Below are positions 26,573-40,059 of a stretch of DNA of 64,000 bases, piece after piece (position 1 is the first letter of the stretch; each line of letters starts with the position of its first letter). Under the pieces are notes generated by a model. The model had not been told where the DNA came from. It worked only from the letters and a program-made list of their open reading frames with translations, and searched no databases. This stretch comes from Prorocentrum cordatum (lineage: Eukaryota): positions 124,001 through 188,000 of the forward strand of contig CAUYUJ010000070.1 of NCBI GenBank assembly GCA_963575745.1, read 5' to 3'. Both the position numbers and the translations under genes were made by a program.

Positions 26573-26673
26573 CCATCACCATCACCATCACCATCACCAT
26601 CACCATCACCATCACCATCACCATCATCATCATCATCATCATCACAATCACCACCACCACCATCATCATCATA

Positions 26674-26704
<31 letters not shown>

Positions 26705-26794
26705 CCATCATCATCACCATCATTACCACCACCACCACCACCATCATCATCATAATCATCATCATCATCATCATCGTCATCGTCATCGTCAACG

Positions 26795-26825
<31 letters not shown>

Positions 26826-26826
26826 T

Positions 26827-26860
<34 letters not shown>

Positions 26861-27392
26861 TCATCACCATCACCATCACCATCACCATCATCATCCTCGT
26901 CGTCGTCATCGTCATCATCATCGTCATCGTTATTGTCAGGGTCATCATCGGCATCGGCATCGACATCGGCATCGGCATCGGCATCGCCGCCAGCATCATC
27001 ATAATCATTACTATCATATCATCATCGCCAGCATCATCATCAGCTTCATGAGCATGATCAAGTTCATTACCATCATCATCAGTATCATCATCGTCATCAT
27101 CGTCATCATCATCATCATACTAATCACCATCATCGTCATCGTCAGCATCATCATCACCATCATCATCATACTCAGCATCATCATCACCACCATCAGTACC
27201 AGTATCGTCATCAACGTCAGACTCAGTATAACCAGCGCAGTCATCGTCATCGTCAGCGTCATCATCATCATCAGCATCACCACCACCATCATCATCATCA
27301 TCGTCATCATCGTCATCATCGTCATCGTCATCATCATCGTCATCATCATCGGCATCATTATCTTCATCGTCGTTGTCATCATAACGATCATC
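26500..27392. repeat. (CAT)n tract, resuming at about 29555
   Basis: Direct reading. Confidence 0.95.
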
Positions 27393-27566
27393 ATTTGCTC
27401 AAGCTGCTGCTGGGTCTTGGCCTCCTGGTGCTGTTGCACCCTGCTGCTCCCGCTCGCCAGTTGCCGCCCCGATGGTCTTGGCCGCGAGGCTGGACCGGCT
27501 GCGCAGGCGCATCTCGGAAGGCGTGCCTGACCGAATGCACATCGGCGCGGCGCTGGATTCCCAGAC

Positions 27567-27718
27567 TAGGGGGCCACATGCGAACCCTACCCCAACCGCC
27601 ACGATTTCTGAGGGGAGTGTGGGGTTCTCTTCGCTTGGGAGCTCCCGAACGAAGTCAACCCCACCCTCCCCCTCAGAAGTCGTGGGGGGTAGGGGTAGGG
27701 TTCGCTTGCGGCCCCCTG
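27567..27718. mobile_element. MITE family C, second copy
   Basis: Collinear with the 36643 copy; TSD not seen. Confidence 0.85.
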
Positions 27719-30499
27719 AAGAAATGCAAGGTGAAAGTGTTTCTGGACTCCAGCGATGTGGCCATGTGTCCGGTTGCTCAGGCGCTCCTGCTCGGCAGAT
27801 TGACTGCGATGGGGGCCTTGCTAATGGACCGTGTTGTCGTGGGTCCTGGGCATAAGTAGTCGAGTGGTGCGGTTGAGGCGTCCTTTTGGATTTCGGACGC
27901 ACCCCCCGTTTTTGGTGATCGTGGTGGTTGGGATGGATCACCTGATCGTGGAGGCGGTGACCGTCGCTCTCGTTCTGGCGATCGTCCCGACCCGTGGCAT
28001 AGCCCTGGTGGGAATGAATTCCGTGTTGCTGCTGCTGGCCTGCGGGAGCGCAGAAAAAAGCCACGCCAGAAGGCCTCTGCTGCGGGTGTATCGTTGCGCG
28101 GGCCTCCTCCTGTTGTTCCTCGTCGGCCTGGTCGTAAGGACTTCATTGCCGCTGCCATCCAGGACATGTTAGACAGCCATTTCAATAACATGGCGGAGTC
28201 ACTTGGGGTGTATTGTCCTGCTACGCTTGTGCTAGACCCTCCTGATAAAGGTGCACATCGTGAGCAACCTTCTGACGGTGGTGAGCGACGTGGGCTGGTG
28301 ATTTCTTGTTTCGTATCCTGGCGCTTGTTTGCACAAGCCGCCTGGTCGTGAGAACCCTCCTGACGATTGTGAGCCTCATGAGGTCGCCCCGTCCCTTCGC
28401 GAACACCCTCCTGATGGCCCCCGTGGGCGTCTCCATGAGGACTCCATTGACAATTTCATCCGGCACTTGTTCAGCAAGCACTTGCTTATCATTGCGGGCT
28501 TTCTTGGAGTGTGCAGGGTTGCTGCTCATGTTCAGGTTCCTCCTGACAGCGGTGCGCATCGACATCAGCTTCCTCGTGATGTTCAGCATTGTTCGTGCTT
28601 GTTCTCATGATGCTGATGTGCGCTTTCGGCCTGGTCGTGAGCGTTCCCCTGCTGACGATGATCGTGCACCTGCTCCCGATGAGTCTCATGGTGTTGCGGT
28701 TCATGAGCCTCGTGATGTTGCGGTCTCGGAGCAGGCCCGCTGTCGGCGGCTGCTGCGCAGGATCGGGGTGACAGATGCGATTTTTTGTTCCGTGCCCGTG
28801 CCGCTCTCCCTGGGGTGCCTCATCTTCGGACTCTCCCTGACGTTGGCCTGATCTTCGACTGATCCGGCGTCCTGGGTATCGTGACGTGTTTTGTCGGCGT
28901 TTGCAGTTGGCGGTTTCTGCCAATCACTGGTCGCTCTTGAATGCAGCTGGCACCAGGAGCCACACTGGTTTTCGCGTCTTGACAAGCGGGCCTTTTTCGA
29001 GGGAGTGGTTTCGGTGGTCTTCCCGCGTCTGCAGGAGGTACGGCCTGGCTGATAGTGCGGCCTGCGCTGGCACAGGTGACGCCGTACACCTCTTCTCAAT
29101 AGTTGTTGCTCGATTTTCTTTCCATCGGAGTGGCCCTGGCGGCCTACCTGTGTTTTGCGGGTGGCACGGCCTGTCTGACAGCGCGTAGTGTGCTGTCACG
29201 GGTGACGCTGCACTTGCTTCGTCGGCGGCGAGGCAGACAGACTGCACCAGCGGAAGAGCCCAAAACGGGAGCACCGAGGAGCGAATGGCCCAGCGTGCAG
29301 GAGGGGATGGGTGGCGCTGGACGCTTCGGCTCCCCGGGAGCGGCTTCGGTGGGCTACCGTCGGTTTGAGGGTGGCGCGGCCTGGAGGGTGGCGCTAGCTG
29401 TGCTGCGACGCTGCATACCTGTGGCTGGAGCCGTCTCGGGGCTCCCGCGGCTCTCCTGACCCAATCCAAAACAGAGGGTCTCGTGGGTTGCCATTCAAGC
29501 CGATCTTATGGACGAGCTGTCGTCGACTGCCATTGTCCCCAGCATCGGGCCCATGATAATCACCATCATCATCACCATCGCAATCACCATGACCACCACA
29601 CCACCGTCATCATCATCCTCATCATAAGCAGCATCAGCATCATCAGCATCATCATAATCATCACCATAATTCGACGTTCGTCATCAATCATTATTCATTT
29701 AGCTGCTTCATCATCACCACCATAAGCATCATCGTCATCGCGTTTCTGTTTGTCTTCGACCTCAACATCGTATTCTCATTCCCGTCACTATCAACACCAG
29801 TGTTCTCATCAGCATCGTCGTCAACATACTCCCACCCCATAGCCCTTCTCGTTTCCCCCTCAATCCCCTTTTGCCTTCCCATCGACGCATTTGAGGTGAA
29901 CACGGACAGACGGAGGACGAATCTCGGCATCGGTTGTGACGCCACGGGCGTTGTCCACATGAGACGAAACGTCGCCTTCACAGCACTGGCCGTTGTCGGT
30001 TTTGGACAACATAACCAGGGTGTTGGTCAGTGTTCCGATGTTTTCCCGTTCTCATTTCGCGCGTGCCAGTCACTCCTCTTCCCTCCTTCCCCCCCCCTGC
30101 GCCCTCATTACTCTCTCCCTTCCCTGTACCTCTCGCGCGCCCGCACCACTCCCGCTCCCTCCTTTCCTCATCCTCCCCCCCTCCTGCTCATTTCACTGCT
30201 CATCCCTCATTTCCTTGTATACGACAGCATATGCACTGTTTGCGCGTTTCTCAACTTCCGCGTGTCTTTTCTTGAATCCCAGAGAGAATACAAGTGTCGC
30301 GTTGGATGCCCCCTAGTTTCACGAGGATTCTTCCCAAGCGGAGTCTGAGTAACTGGGGTCGGAAGATCGCGCCGCATCGCCGATGCATCGGCTATGTATC
30401 GTCGGCGTCGGCGATGAACCAGCGACGTCCGCGTGGAGACGATCGGGACCCACATCGCGCAGCATCGCGGATGCATTGTTGATGCGGCGCTAGCGAGGA

Positions 30500-30893
30500 G
30501 CAGTGAGGAGGAGTGAGGGGGAGTGAGGATAAGTGGGGAGGAGTGAGGAGGAGGGAGGAGGAGGGGGGATGGGGAGGAGAGAGGAGGAGGAGGAGGAGGA
30601 GGAGGAGAATGAGGAGATGGACGAGAAGGAGGAGGAGGAGGGAGAGAAGGAGGAGGAGAAGGAGGAGGAGTGAGGAGGAGTGAGGAGGAGTGAGGAGGAG
30701 TGAGGAGGAATGAGGAGGAGTGAGGAGGAGAGAGGAGGAGTGCGGACGATTGAGGAAGAGGAGGAGGAGGAGGAAAAGGAAGACAAGGAGGAGGGGGAGG
30801 AGGAGGAGGAGGAGGGAGAGGAGGAGGAGGAGGAGAAGGAGGAGGAGCAGGAGTGATGATGATGATGATGCTGATGATGACGATGATGATGAA

Positions 30894-30948
<55 letters not shown>

Positions 30949-30955
30949 CTGATGC

Positions 30956-31000
<45 letters not shown>

Positions 31001-31302
31001 GATGATGATGATGATGATGATGATGATGCTGCTGGATGATGTGATGATGATGATGATGATGATGATGCTGCTGATGTGATGATGTTGAGATGATGATGAG
31101 GCTGATTGATGATGATGATGATGATGCTGATGATGAGATGATTATGATGATGATGGGATGATGATGATGATGATGATGATGTGATGCTGCTGCTGCTGAT
31201 GATGATGCGATGCTGATGATGATGAGGATGAGTGATGATGATGATGCTGATGATGATGATGCTGATGATGATGATGATGATGATGATGATGCTGATGTGA
31301 TG

Positions 31303-31335
<33 letters not shown>

Positions 31336-32500
31336 TGATGATTGATGATGATGATGATGATGATGATGATGCGATGATGATGATGATGATGAGATGCTGA
31401 TGATGGATGATGATGATGAGGAGGAGGAGGAGGAGGAGGAGGAGGAGGGGGGAGGAGGAGGAGGAGGTAGGAGGAGGAGGAGAGAGGAGGAGGAGGAGGA
31501 GGAGGAGGAGGAGGAAGGGAGGAGGAGGAGGAGCAGATGAGAAATGGGGGAGGAGGGGGGAGGGAGGATGAGGAGGATGAGGAGCAGGAGTTGCAGGAGG
31601 AGCAGGAAGGAGCCAGGAGGAAGAGCACGAGGAAGAGCAGGTATGAGGAAAAGGAGGAGGAGGAGGACTAGGAGCATGCGAGAGGAGGAATGGAGGAGGA
31701 GGAGGATCCGGAGGAGGAGGAGGAGGAGGAGGAGGCGAAGAGGAGGAGAGGAGGAGGAGAGGGCGGGGGTGGGAGGGGGAGGAGGAGAAGGATGATGATG
31801 AGGAGGAGGAGGAAGATGAAGAGGAGGAGGAGAAGGAGGAGGAGGATGGGGAGGATGATGATGATGTTGAGAAGGAGGAGGAGGAGGACTCGGTCTAATA
31901 GTAATACGAAACATAGTAATACTAATAGAACAATCTATGACTACGAAGAACTAGGGAGGAGTGCGGCGGAGGATAAGGTGGACGATGATGACGATGAGGA
32001 GGAGGAGAAGGAGGGAGAGGAGGAGGAGGAGGAGGAGAGCAGGAGGAGGAGGAGGAGGAGGAGGAGGAGGAGGAGGAGGAGGAGGGGAGCAGGAAACCCC
32101 GCGGAGGGGAGGATCAGGCGGGAGGAGGAGGAGGAGGAGGAGGAGAGGAGTGAGGAGGAGGAGGAGGAGGAGGAGGAGGAGGAGGAGGAGGAGGAGGAGG
32201 GAGGAGGAGGAGGAGGAGGAGGAGGAGGAGGAGGAGGAGGAGGAGGAGGAGGAGGAGGAGGAGGAGGAGGAGGAGGACGAGAGGACAACGCATATTTATC
32301 TCACTACTGCGCAGAAGCAACCGACGACTCCATTGATGCAGAAGACGAGGGGGAGGAGGATGAGGAGGAGGAGGAGGAGGAGGAGGAGAAGGGATGATGA
32401 TGAGGAGGAGAACGAAGGAGGGAGGAGGAGGGAGGAGGGGGAGGAGGGGGAGGAGGAGGGGGAGCAGGAGGAGGAGGAGGTGGAGGAGGAGGAGGAGGAG
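30500..32500. repeat. Composite (GGA)n-(GAT)n-(GGA)n tract; similar at 34751-36270 and 60100-62050
   Basis: Direct reading. Confidence 0.95.
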
Positions 32501-34750
32501 GGTCCTGAGGGTCCTGATGATGCGGGTTGGTCTTCACCCCCTGGCGCGCTGGCCGCGCCGCCCTGCCTATGCCGAGCAGCGGATGCTGGACCCGATGGCC
32601 CAGCAAAACAATCAGCAGGCTGCCCGCTACGACACCTGCCGCCAGGCAGGAGCAATGGCAGGTAGCCCGAGCCGCCGCACGAGCCACGGCTCGGCGGAAG
32701 AACCAGTTTTTCGAGCGGCGCCCAGCGGCGACAAGCCGCCCCGAGCGGAAACAGCCCAACGGCAAAAAAACGAGGCGAATCCAGCGAAGGCGACAAGACG
32801 CCCACCGGAAGGACCCGCCACCGAGGGCCTCACAACACGCCGAAGGTGGACACGACCTGGCCGAAGGCCTCGCGCAACTTGGCGGCAGTGGGGGCCCCGA
32901 ACCTCACCTCCGCGAGCTGCAGGAGAGCCTCGGTGGGAATGTCATCCTCCGACTGGTAGAGCCTGCCTAGCACCTTGAAGCCCTTAGCGCCGGTGCCGCC
33001 CGTGCCCTTGGACTTGCCAGCCGAGAGCGAAGATGCACTCCTCTAGGATGAGCTGGGTCGCGACGCGGACGAACGCCTCCGCCCAGCCCTGCACGACACA
33101 CCCCCAATGAGCCTAGACCACGGGCCCCCTCATGGTCATCGTCGGCGCCACGCTCGTCGGACGCCACCGCGGAGAGGCTTGCGATGCTCGCCGCCGCCTC
33201 CGACATCTCAATGATCTTCTTGCTGTTGCACTCCTCGATGTCGCAGCCCTGGCTTCTCTTCAAGACATCGCCGTCGCACAGCTCCCCGAAACTGCTGCTG
33301 ACCTCCACCGCGTACGTGACCTCGAACCCCTCCTTGGTGGGCTTCTCCTTGAAGCTCAGGTCGGGGAAGGGCGGTACGTCGGGCAGCTTCAAGTCTGCCA
33401 TCTTCTGTTTGTCATCATCCTGTAAGCCTCCACCCTTCTGCAAGGTGTCGAGACCCCAGAACTCACTCTCAAAAATCGCCAAACCGTCGCAACGCTTTGC
33501 GCCGTGGTACTTGTCATAGAAGTCGCTCCGAATGCTGGGCGCGTCGGCCTCGTCGCCAGCGTCCTCGACCTCCTCATCGGTGATGTCGCCTAAGCCCATG
33601 GCAACACGCCTCCAGCCAGCGAACGCCTTGTCCATTCCAATGAGGCAGTGCTGGGTGACTTCAGCAGCCGTCAGCGCGCAACTGTCCTGACCCATGGCCT
33701 CCTCTTTGGCATCGCCACGGGCTCCATCACCTCCTGCACCGAGACCACCTGGAGGTCCGCGGCGCGCTGGTCCTGGAGCCTCTTGACCTCGGGTGGAGGA
33801 GGGGAGCTGCACTCCCAGCACATCGCCCTGAACCCGAAATTCACAAATGTGCACATCTCGCACCTCCACTTCGAGACTCGGGCAATGGGCACGCCTCTCT
33901 TGGCCGCCTGGGAACGGTCCACCAGCGACGTCGACGGCGACCTGCGAGTGTGCTTGCCATTGCCCTCGTTCTTGGACTTCTTGTCCTTCTTGGATGTCTG
34001 TTCCTTCTTCTTGGCGCGGGAGCGCGAGCTCGCTCTTGAACTCGAAGACTCCCGAGCCCTTTTGCGTCTGTGCTTCTCCCGCTTCTTGTCCTTGTTCTTG
34101 TCCTTCTTCGCTGCGATGGCCTCCACCGCCTCCTCGAAGCCGAACGGGTCCTTCTCCTTCGTCGGCGCCTGCGCGTGCCCCAGGGAGAGGATCTCCGCGT
34201 TGAGTTCCGCCTCCTGCTGGCTGCGCATCTGCAACTCCGCGGTCGGCGGCGAGGCAGGCGGCCTCGCCCCCCGCCAGTCCGCTGGCGGCAGCGCCGTGCC
34301 CCACCAGCCCGGCGGAGCCTCCTCGATCACCTGCGTGAGCCCGTAATGGAAGATCTTGCTCTTCTCCTTCTCCTTCGGGGGCCTCGTCGCAGAAGCTCCA
34401 GCCGTCGTCCACGATCCTCCTGGAGACCGATACCTTCTGGGAGGCGTGGATGGCGCCACTGCGCCCTGTGCCGCAGCCCTTGCCGCCATGAACCTTAACG
34501 TCCAAGACAATCGCGTCGATGGCGAAGCCGAGGCCCTCGACGAAGCCCTTGGTGCGCTGCCCGAGCTCCACGCCGATGGTCTTCTGCGTCGCACGGACCT
34601 CGAGCTTCATGCTGAGGCCTCCATGGCGGCTCGGGCCCGCTGCCCCCCGTTTCCAGATGCGCGGGCCCACCCCCCCTGGCCCCAGAGGGGGAAAGGGGCT
34701 TGAGCCAACATGGCTTGAGCCAAAATGGCTTGAGCCAAAATGGCTACGGA
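32500..34750 (-). mobile_element. SL-headed retroposed element or processed retrogene (about 2.25 kb) in a (GGA)n tract
   Basis: Full SL at 34750-34729 plus two 15-nt relics (34728-34714, 34713-34699); intronless coding region; 3' tail (TCAGGACCC)2; GGA tracts on both sides. Confidence 0.85.
32830..34610 (-). pseudogene. Frameshifted ORF (about 590 aa) with a K/R/S-rich tract and RanBP2-type zinc finger WRCEMCTFVNFGFRAMCWEC
   Basis: ATG at 34610; coding-like sequence switches frame several times (first near 34375 and 33680) and ends at TGA 32830. Exact W-x-C-x2-C-x3-N-x6-C-x2-C motif. Confidence 0.7.
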
Positions 34751-35180
34751 GGGGAGGAGGAGGAGGATAGGAAGAGGAGGAGGAGGAGGAGGAGGGGGAT
34801 GCTGATGAGGAGGAGGAGGGGGAGGGGGAGGGGGAGGAGGAGTGAGAGCAGGGGAGGAGGAGGAGGAGGAGGAGGAGGAGGAGGAGAAGGAGGAGGAGGC
34901 AGATGAGGAGGATGAGGAGGAGGATGGAGTAGGAGCAGGACGAGAAGGAGGAGGCGGAGGAGGAGGAGGCGGAGGGAGGAGGAAGGAGGGAGGAGTAGGG
35001 AGGAGCAGAGATGAGGGAGGAGGAGGATGAGGAGGAGGAGGAGGAGGAGGAGGGGCAGGAGGAGGAGGGGCAGGAGGAGGAGGAGGAGGAGGGATGCTGA
35101 TGATGCTGATGATGATGCAGATGCAGATGCAGATGCAGATGCAGATGCAGATGCTGATGAGGATGAGGATGAGGATGAGG

Positions 35181-35231
<51 letters not shown>

Positions 35232-35340
35232 CTGATGCTGATGCTGATGATGATGATGATGATGATGATGATGGCGATGTGATGATGATGCTGATGATGC
35301 TGATTATGATGATGATGATGCTGATGATGATGATGATGAC

Positions 35341-35422
<82 letters not shown>

Positions 35423-35661
35423 ATGCTGATGGTGATGGTGATGGTGATGGTGGTGGTGATGGTGACGATGTTGATGATGGCGCTGATGCTGATGCTGGTG
35501 CTGCTGCTGATGATGATTGTGGTGGTGTTGATGTTGATGCTGATGCTGCTGATGATGCTGAGGATGATGATGCTGATGACGACGATGACGACGACACTGA
35601 TGCTGCTGATGATGATGCTGATGATGATGCTGCTGCTGATGATGACGATGCTGATGATGAT

Positions 35662-35736
<75 letters not shown>

Positions 35737-36567
35737 CGATGATGCTGATGCTGATGCTGTTGCTGCTGATGATGATGCTGATGATGATGATGCTGATGAT
35801 GATCATGATGATCATGCTGATCATGATCATGATCATGAGGAGGAGGAGGAGGAGAACGAGGAGTAGGATGAGATGGAGGAGGAGGAGGAGGAGGAGGAGG
35901 AGGAGGAGGAGGAGGGAACACGAGGGAGGAGAAGGATGAGGAGGAGGAGGAGGAGCAGGCGGAGGAGGAGAAGAGGAGGAGGAGGAGGTAGGAGAGGAGG
36001 AGGAGGAGGAGGAGGAGAAGGAGAAGGAGGAGGAGCAGGAGCAGGAGCAGGAGGAGGAAGAGGAGGAGGAGGAGGAGGAAGAGGAGGAGGAGGCAGAGAA
36101 AGAAACAGGAGGAGGAGGAGGCGGAGGGCAGGGAGGATCAGGGAGGAACAGGGAGGAGCAGGAGGAGCAGGGAGGAGGGAGGAGCACGAAGGAGGGGGGA
36201 GGAGGAGGAGGAGGAGGGGAGGAGGAGGAGGAGGAGGAGGAGGAGGAGGAGGAAGAGGAGGAGGAGGAGGTGTCCACCGAAGGCGTGGCCCCCCCCGGCG
36301 CTGTGCCGCGCGCGGGGGGGGGGCGCCCCGCTCATCGGGCGCCCCCGCCCCGCCCCCCGCCGCCCTCACCACCCACCAAACCACCCCAACCTGACCAGTG
36401 TGTGGGGGGGGGGGGTCGGGGAGCTTTTTGAGTAAACACATATGAAGTCCGTACTCCCCCAACCCGGGATTCGGGCGGAATTCGGGGCTTCGAGTTGGTT
36501 GGGGTGGCTTGGTAGGTAGTCAGCCCCTCTGCCCCGCGGGGTGCCGGCTCGCGCCGGCCGCACGGAG

Positions 36568-36609
36568 GCGCACTTCCTCTGGGCGCTGCCCTCGAACGGG
36601 TCGGAGGAG
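36568..36609 (+). CDS. Type-1 rhodopsin exon e (end of helix E, E-F loop): AHFLWALPSNGSEE
   Basis: GAG|G acceptor, GAG|GC donor, 42 nt, phase 0-0, all codons end in G/C. Confidence 0.7.
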
Positions 36610-36642
36610 GCTGGCCTCCCCGCCGCTGCGCGGGGCAGTGTC

Positions 36643-36798
36643 TAGGGGGCCACATGCGAACCCTACCCCTAACCCCCCACGATTTCTGAGGGGAAGGGTG
36701 GGGTTTACTTCGCTCGGGAGCTCCCGAGCGAAGTGAACCCCACCCTCCCCCTCAGAAATCGTATGGGGGTAGGGGTAGGGATCGCATGTGGCCCCCTA
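36643..36798. mobile_element. Near-perfect palindromic MITE family C, 11-13-bp TSD
   Basis: TAGGGGGCCACATGCGA...TCGCATGTGGCCCCCTA centred on GGGAGCTCCC; GCGGGGCAGTGTC at 36630-42 and 36799-811. Confidence 0.9.
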
Positions 36799-37669
36799 GC
36801 GGGGCAGTGTCGGCTGCATGCAGGAGCGTCAGAGGTCAAGCAGCGGCGAAGCGTCCCAGATCGCCTATAGGCCCGCCGAAGAGTGTTCTTGGAACTCTTT
36901 GTCGGGGAAGCGTAAGACTCGAGTAAGCCGGAACTCGGGTTTGCCGACGTTTGTTGACGAGAGTGTCTTGGATTTGACGGTCCGATTGTCGGGGGATGTT
37001 TGCAGCGGGAGTTCGCGTCAAATTTCAGATGGGGCCTCGTCATTTTCATGATGGCCCCGTCGGGCCAACCCGAGGCCCCCGTACACGAGTCTGACGTCTC
37101 CCCCATTCTGTGGTGTGCACGAGCTGTTCTTAGAACACTTCTGGCTGAGACTGTCGTGCTATAGCGCATCGGGTCTGTGTTCAAAGAGCATTGCTTCTGT
37201 TCGTAGAACATGTTTGGGTTCTAGGAACATTTCCCGGTACACGCCAGTCGCTGAAAGTAGGTATTCTTGGATGCCCAGATCCCAATCTACTTCAAGCGCC
37301 TTCCTACTTCAAGAATCGGCACGCTTTTGCTGTGTTTTGTTATTATCCTGGGGGGGCCTGGATCCAATCCACTTAATCCGCCATCCTACTTCATGTTTCT
37401 ACCTACTTCTTCCGACGCCCGGCGTGTACGCCTATTAGGACTGCCAGCACGGCTGGTCCCTGCTCAAAGAGGAGGAGACAGGTACCCAGACCGCCACCCT
37501 TCCCTCGCTTTCGCCTTCTCGGGGGATCTGGGAGGCCCCCGTCGCCACCCCCGAGAGCGGAGGACCTTGCCGTCCCATGATGACAGGAGGCGGGGAATGA
37601 GTTGGTCGGAGGATGGCCAGTCCCAGAGATCCAACGCATTGAAAAAATCAAGACGGAGGTTTTTCTGAG

Positions 37670-37800
37670 TTTTTGGTCTCTGGGGGCCCTCGCTGGGCCC
37701 CGGGGCCGTCATCAAACGACTCGGGACGAAAAACCGGTCCTGGGGAATGGGTCGAGATTTCTGGGGACCCCGTATTGAAAAAAAACACGGCGTCGGATCT
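37670..37800. repeat. Dispersed repeat with an inverted copy at about 56490-56605
   Basis: ACGACTCGGGACGAAAAAC versus GTTTTTCGTCCCGAGTCGT. Confidence 0.7.
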
Positions 37801-38769
37801 CTGGGGTTGAGACAGCGGTGACTCTCCCGCCCAGCCCCGATCCGCTCGAAGTCGGTCCCCAGAACCCTTCCCCGGGGTCCATCCCGACCCGCTTTTCGAG
37901 GCGGGTCCAGCGTGTCGACGAGAAGCCTCCAGGAGACCCCGAAAGGACGACGTCACTGGGGAGAGCTGCCGTTGTCTCGACCGTGGCCCTTCCTCTGGCG
38001 CCCGTTTTTTTTTTTTTGCTCCGTCGTCGGCCTTGTTGAGGCTTCCGAGGTCTCGACGTCTGGACCCTCCCTGGGAATCGCCCTCTCGTGCCCGTTCGTT
38101 TTTTTCAGTGCCCCCGGGCCAGAAGGCACCCCCCCTCTGAGGCCGAAAGCTGCCAGGAGCCCCGCGGCGCGAGGGGGCCGCGGGAAGGCGCGGGGGCGGG
38201 CCCGCCTTCCGCGGGGTGGCCGGCAGGGGTCCTGGCCCGGGGCGCCACGCCGGAGCTCGTGGGGGCCTCCTGGGCCTCGTGAGGGCGCCCGGGTGCCCGC
38301 CCGGGGAGGGGCGGCGGCAGCGCTAGAGCGCGACGTGTCACTCGCGCTCTCGCGCAGCGCGCAGCGCGGAGCGCGAGCTCGGGGGCCCCCGCTGGCGCGG
38401 TGCCCGCGAGGTCAGCTCCACGCATGGCCTTGCCCGAAGAGGGGCACAACAGGGTCACGGAGGGTGCCCGCCTCTTCGCCCCCCCCTCCCTCTTCCCCCG
38501 CTTCCTCGGCCCCCCCCGTTGGCCAAGGCGTTGGGTCGAGATCACAACCAGTAGGGTAGGGTAAGACCACAACCAGACGGGTGAGATCCCAACCGTCCAA
38601 AGCCCAAGGCACGGTCAGATCCCAACCGAGGAGGAAACTGAGAGAGAAAAAACATCAAAAACACGATCATGGCTGTTCATTACAATCTGAAACCTTGCTG
38701 GAAACCATAGAGGAGCAAATTCACGCGTGAGCTTTGGCGGTTGGGACCTCGCCCGTCTTTTATACTAGC

Positions 38770-39878
<1,109 letters not shown>

Positions 39879-39900
39879 TCCGTAGCCATTTTGGCTCAAG
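39879..39900 (+). other. DinoSL spliced-leader sequence, 22/22 match, followed by a degenerate second copy (TCCGTAGCGTTTCGCTCAGG, 39901-39920)
   Basis: TCCGTAGCCATTTTGGCTCAAG read directly. Confidence 0.97.
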
Positions 39901-40059
39901 TCCGTAGCGTTTCGCTCAGGACAGAGTCTCTTGGCGTGGGGGAGCGACGGCCCCCGACAGCTCAGGTCGCCCCCCGCGGCGGCACATTTCCCTTCACTGT
40001 ACTGCGGTATCAGCCCGCACTGCTTTGCGTACCTACACCACGGCGGGCACGCCCCGCGG

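Noticed and set aside
39879..39960. SL RNA gene
   Set aside because: No GT donor follows the 22-mer, and it sits inside a LINE TSD.
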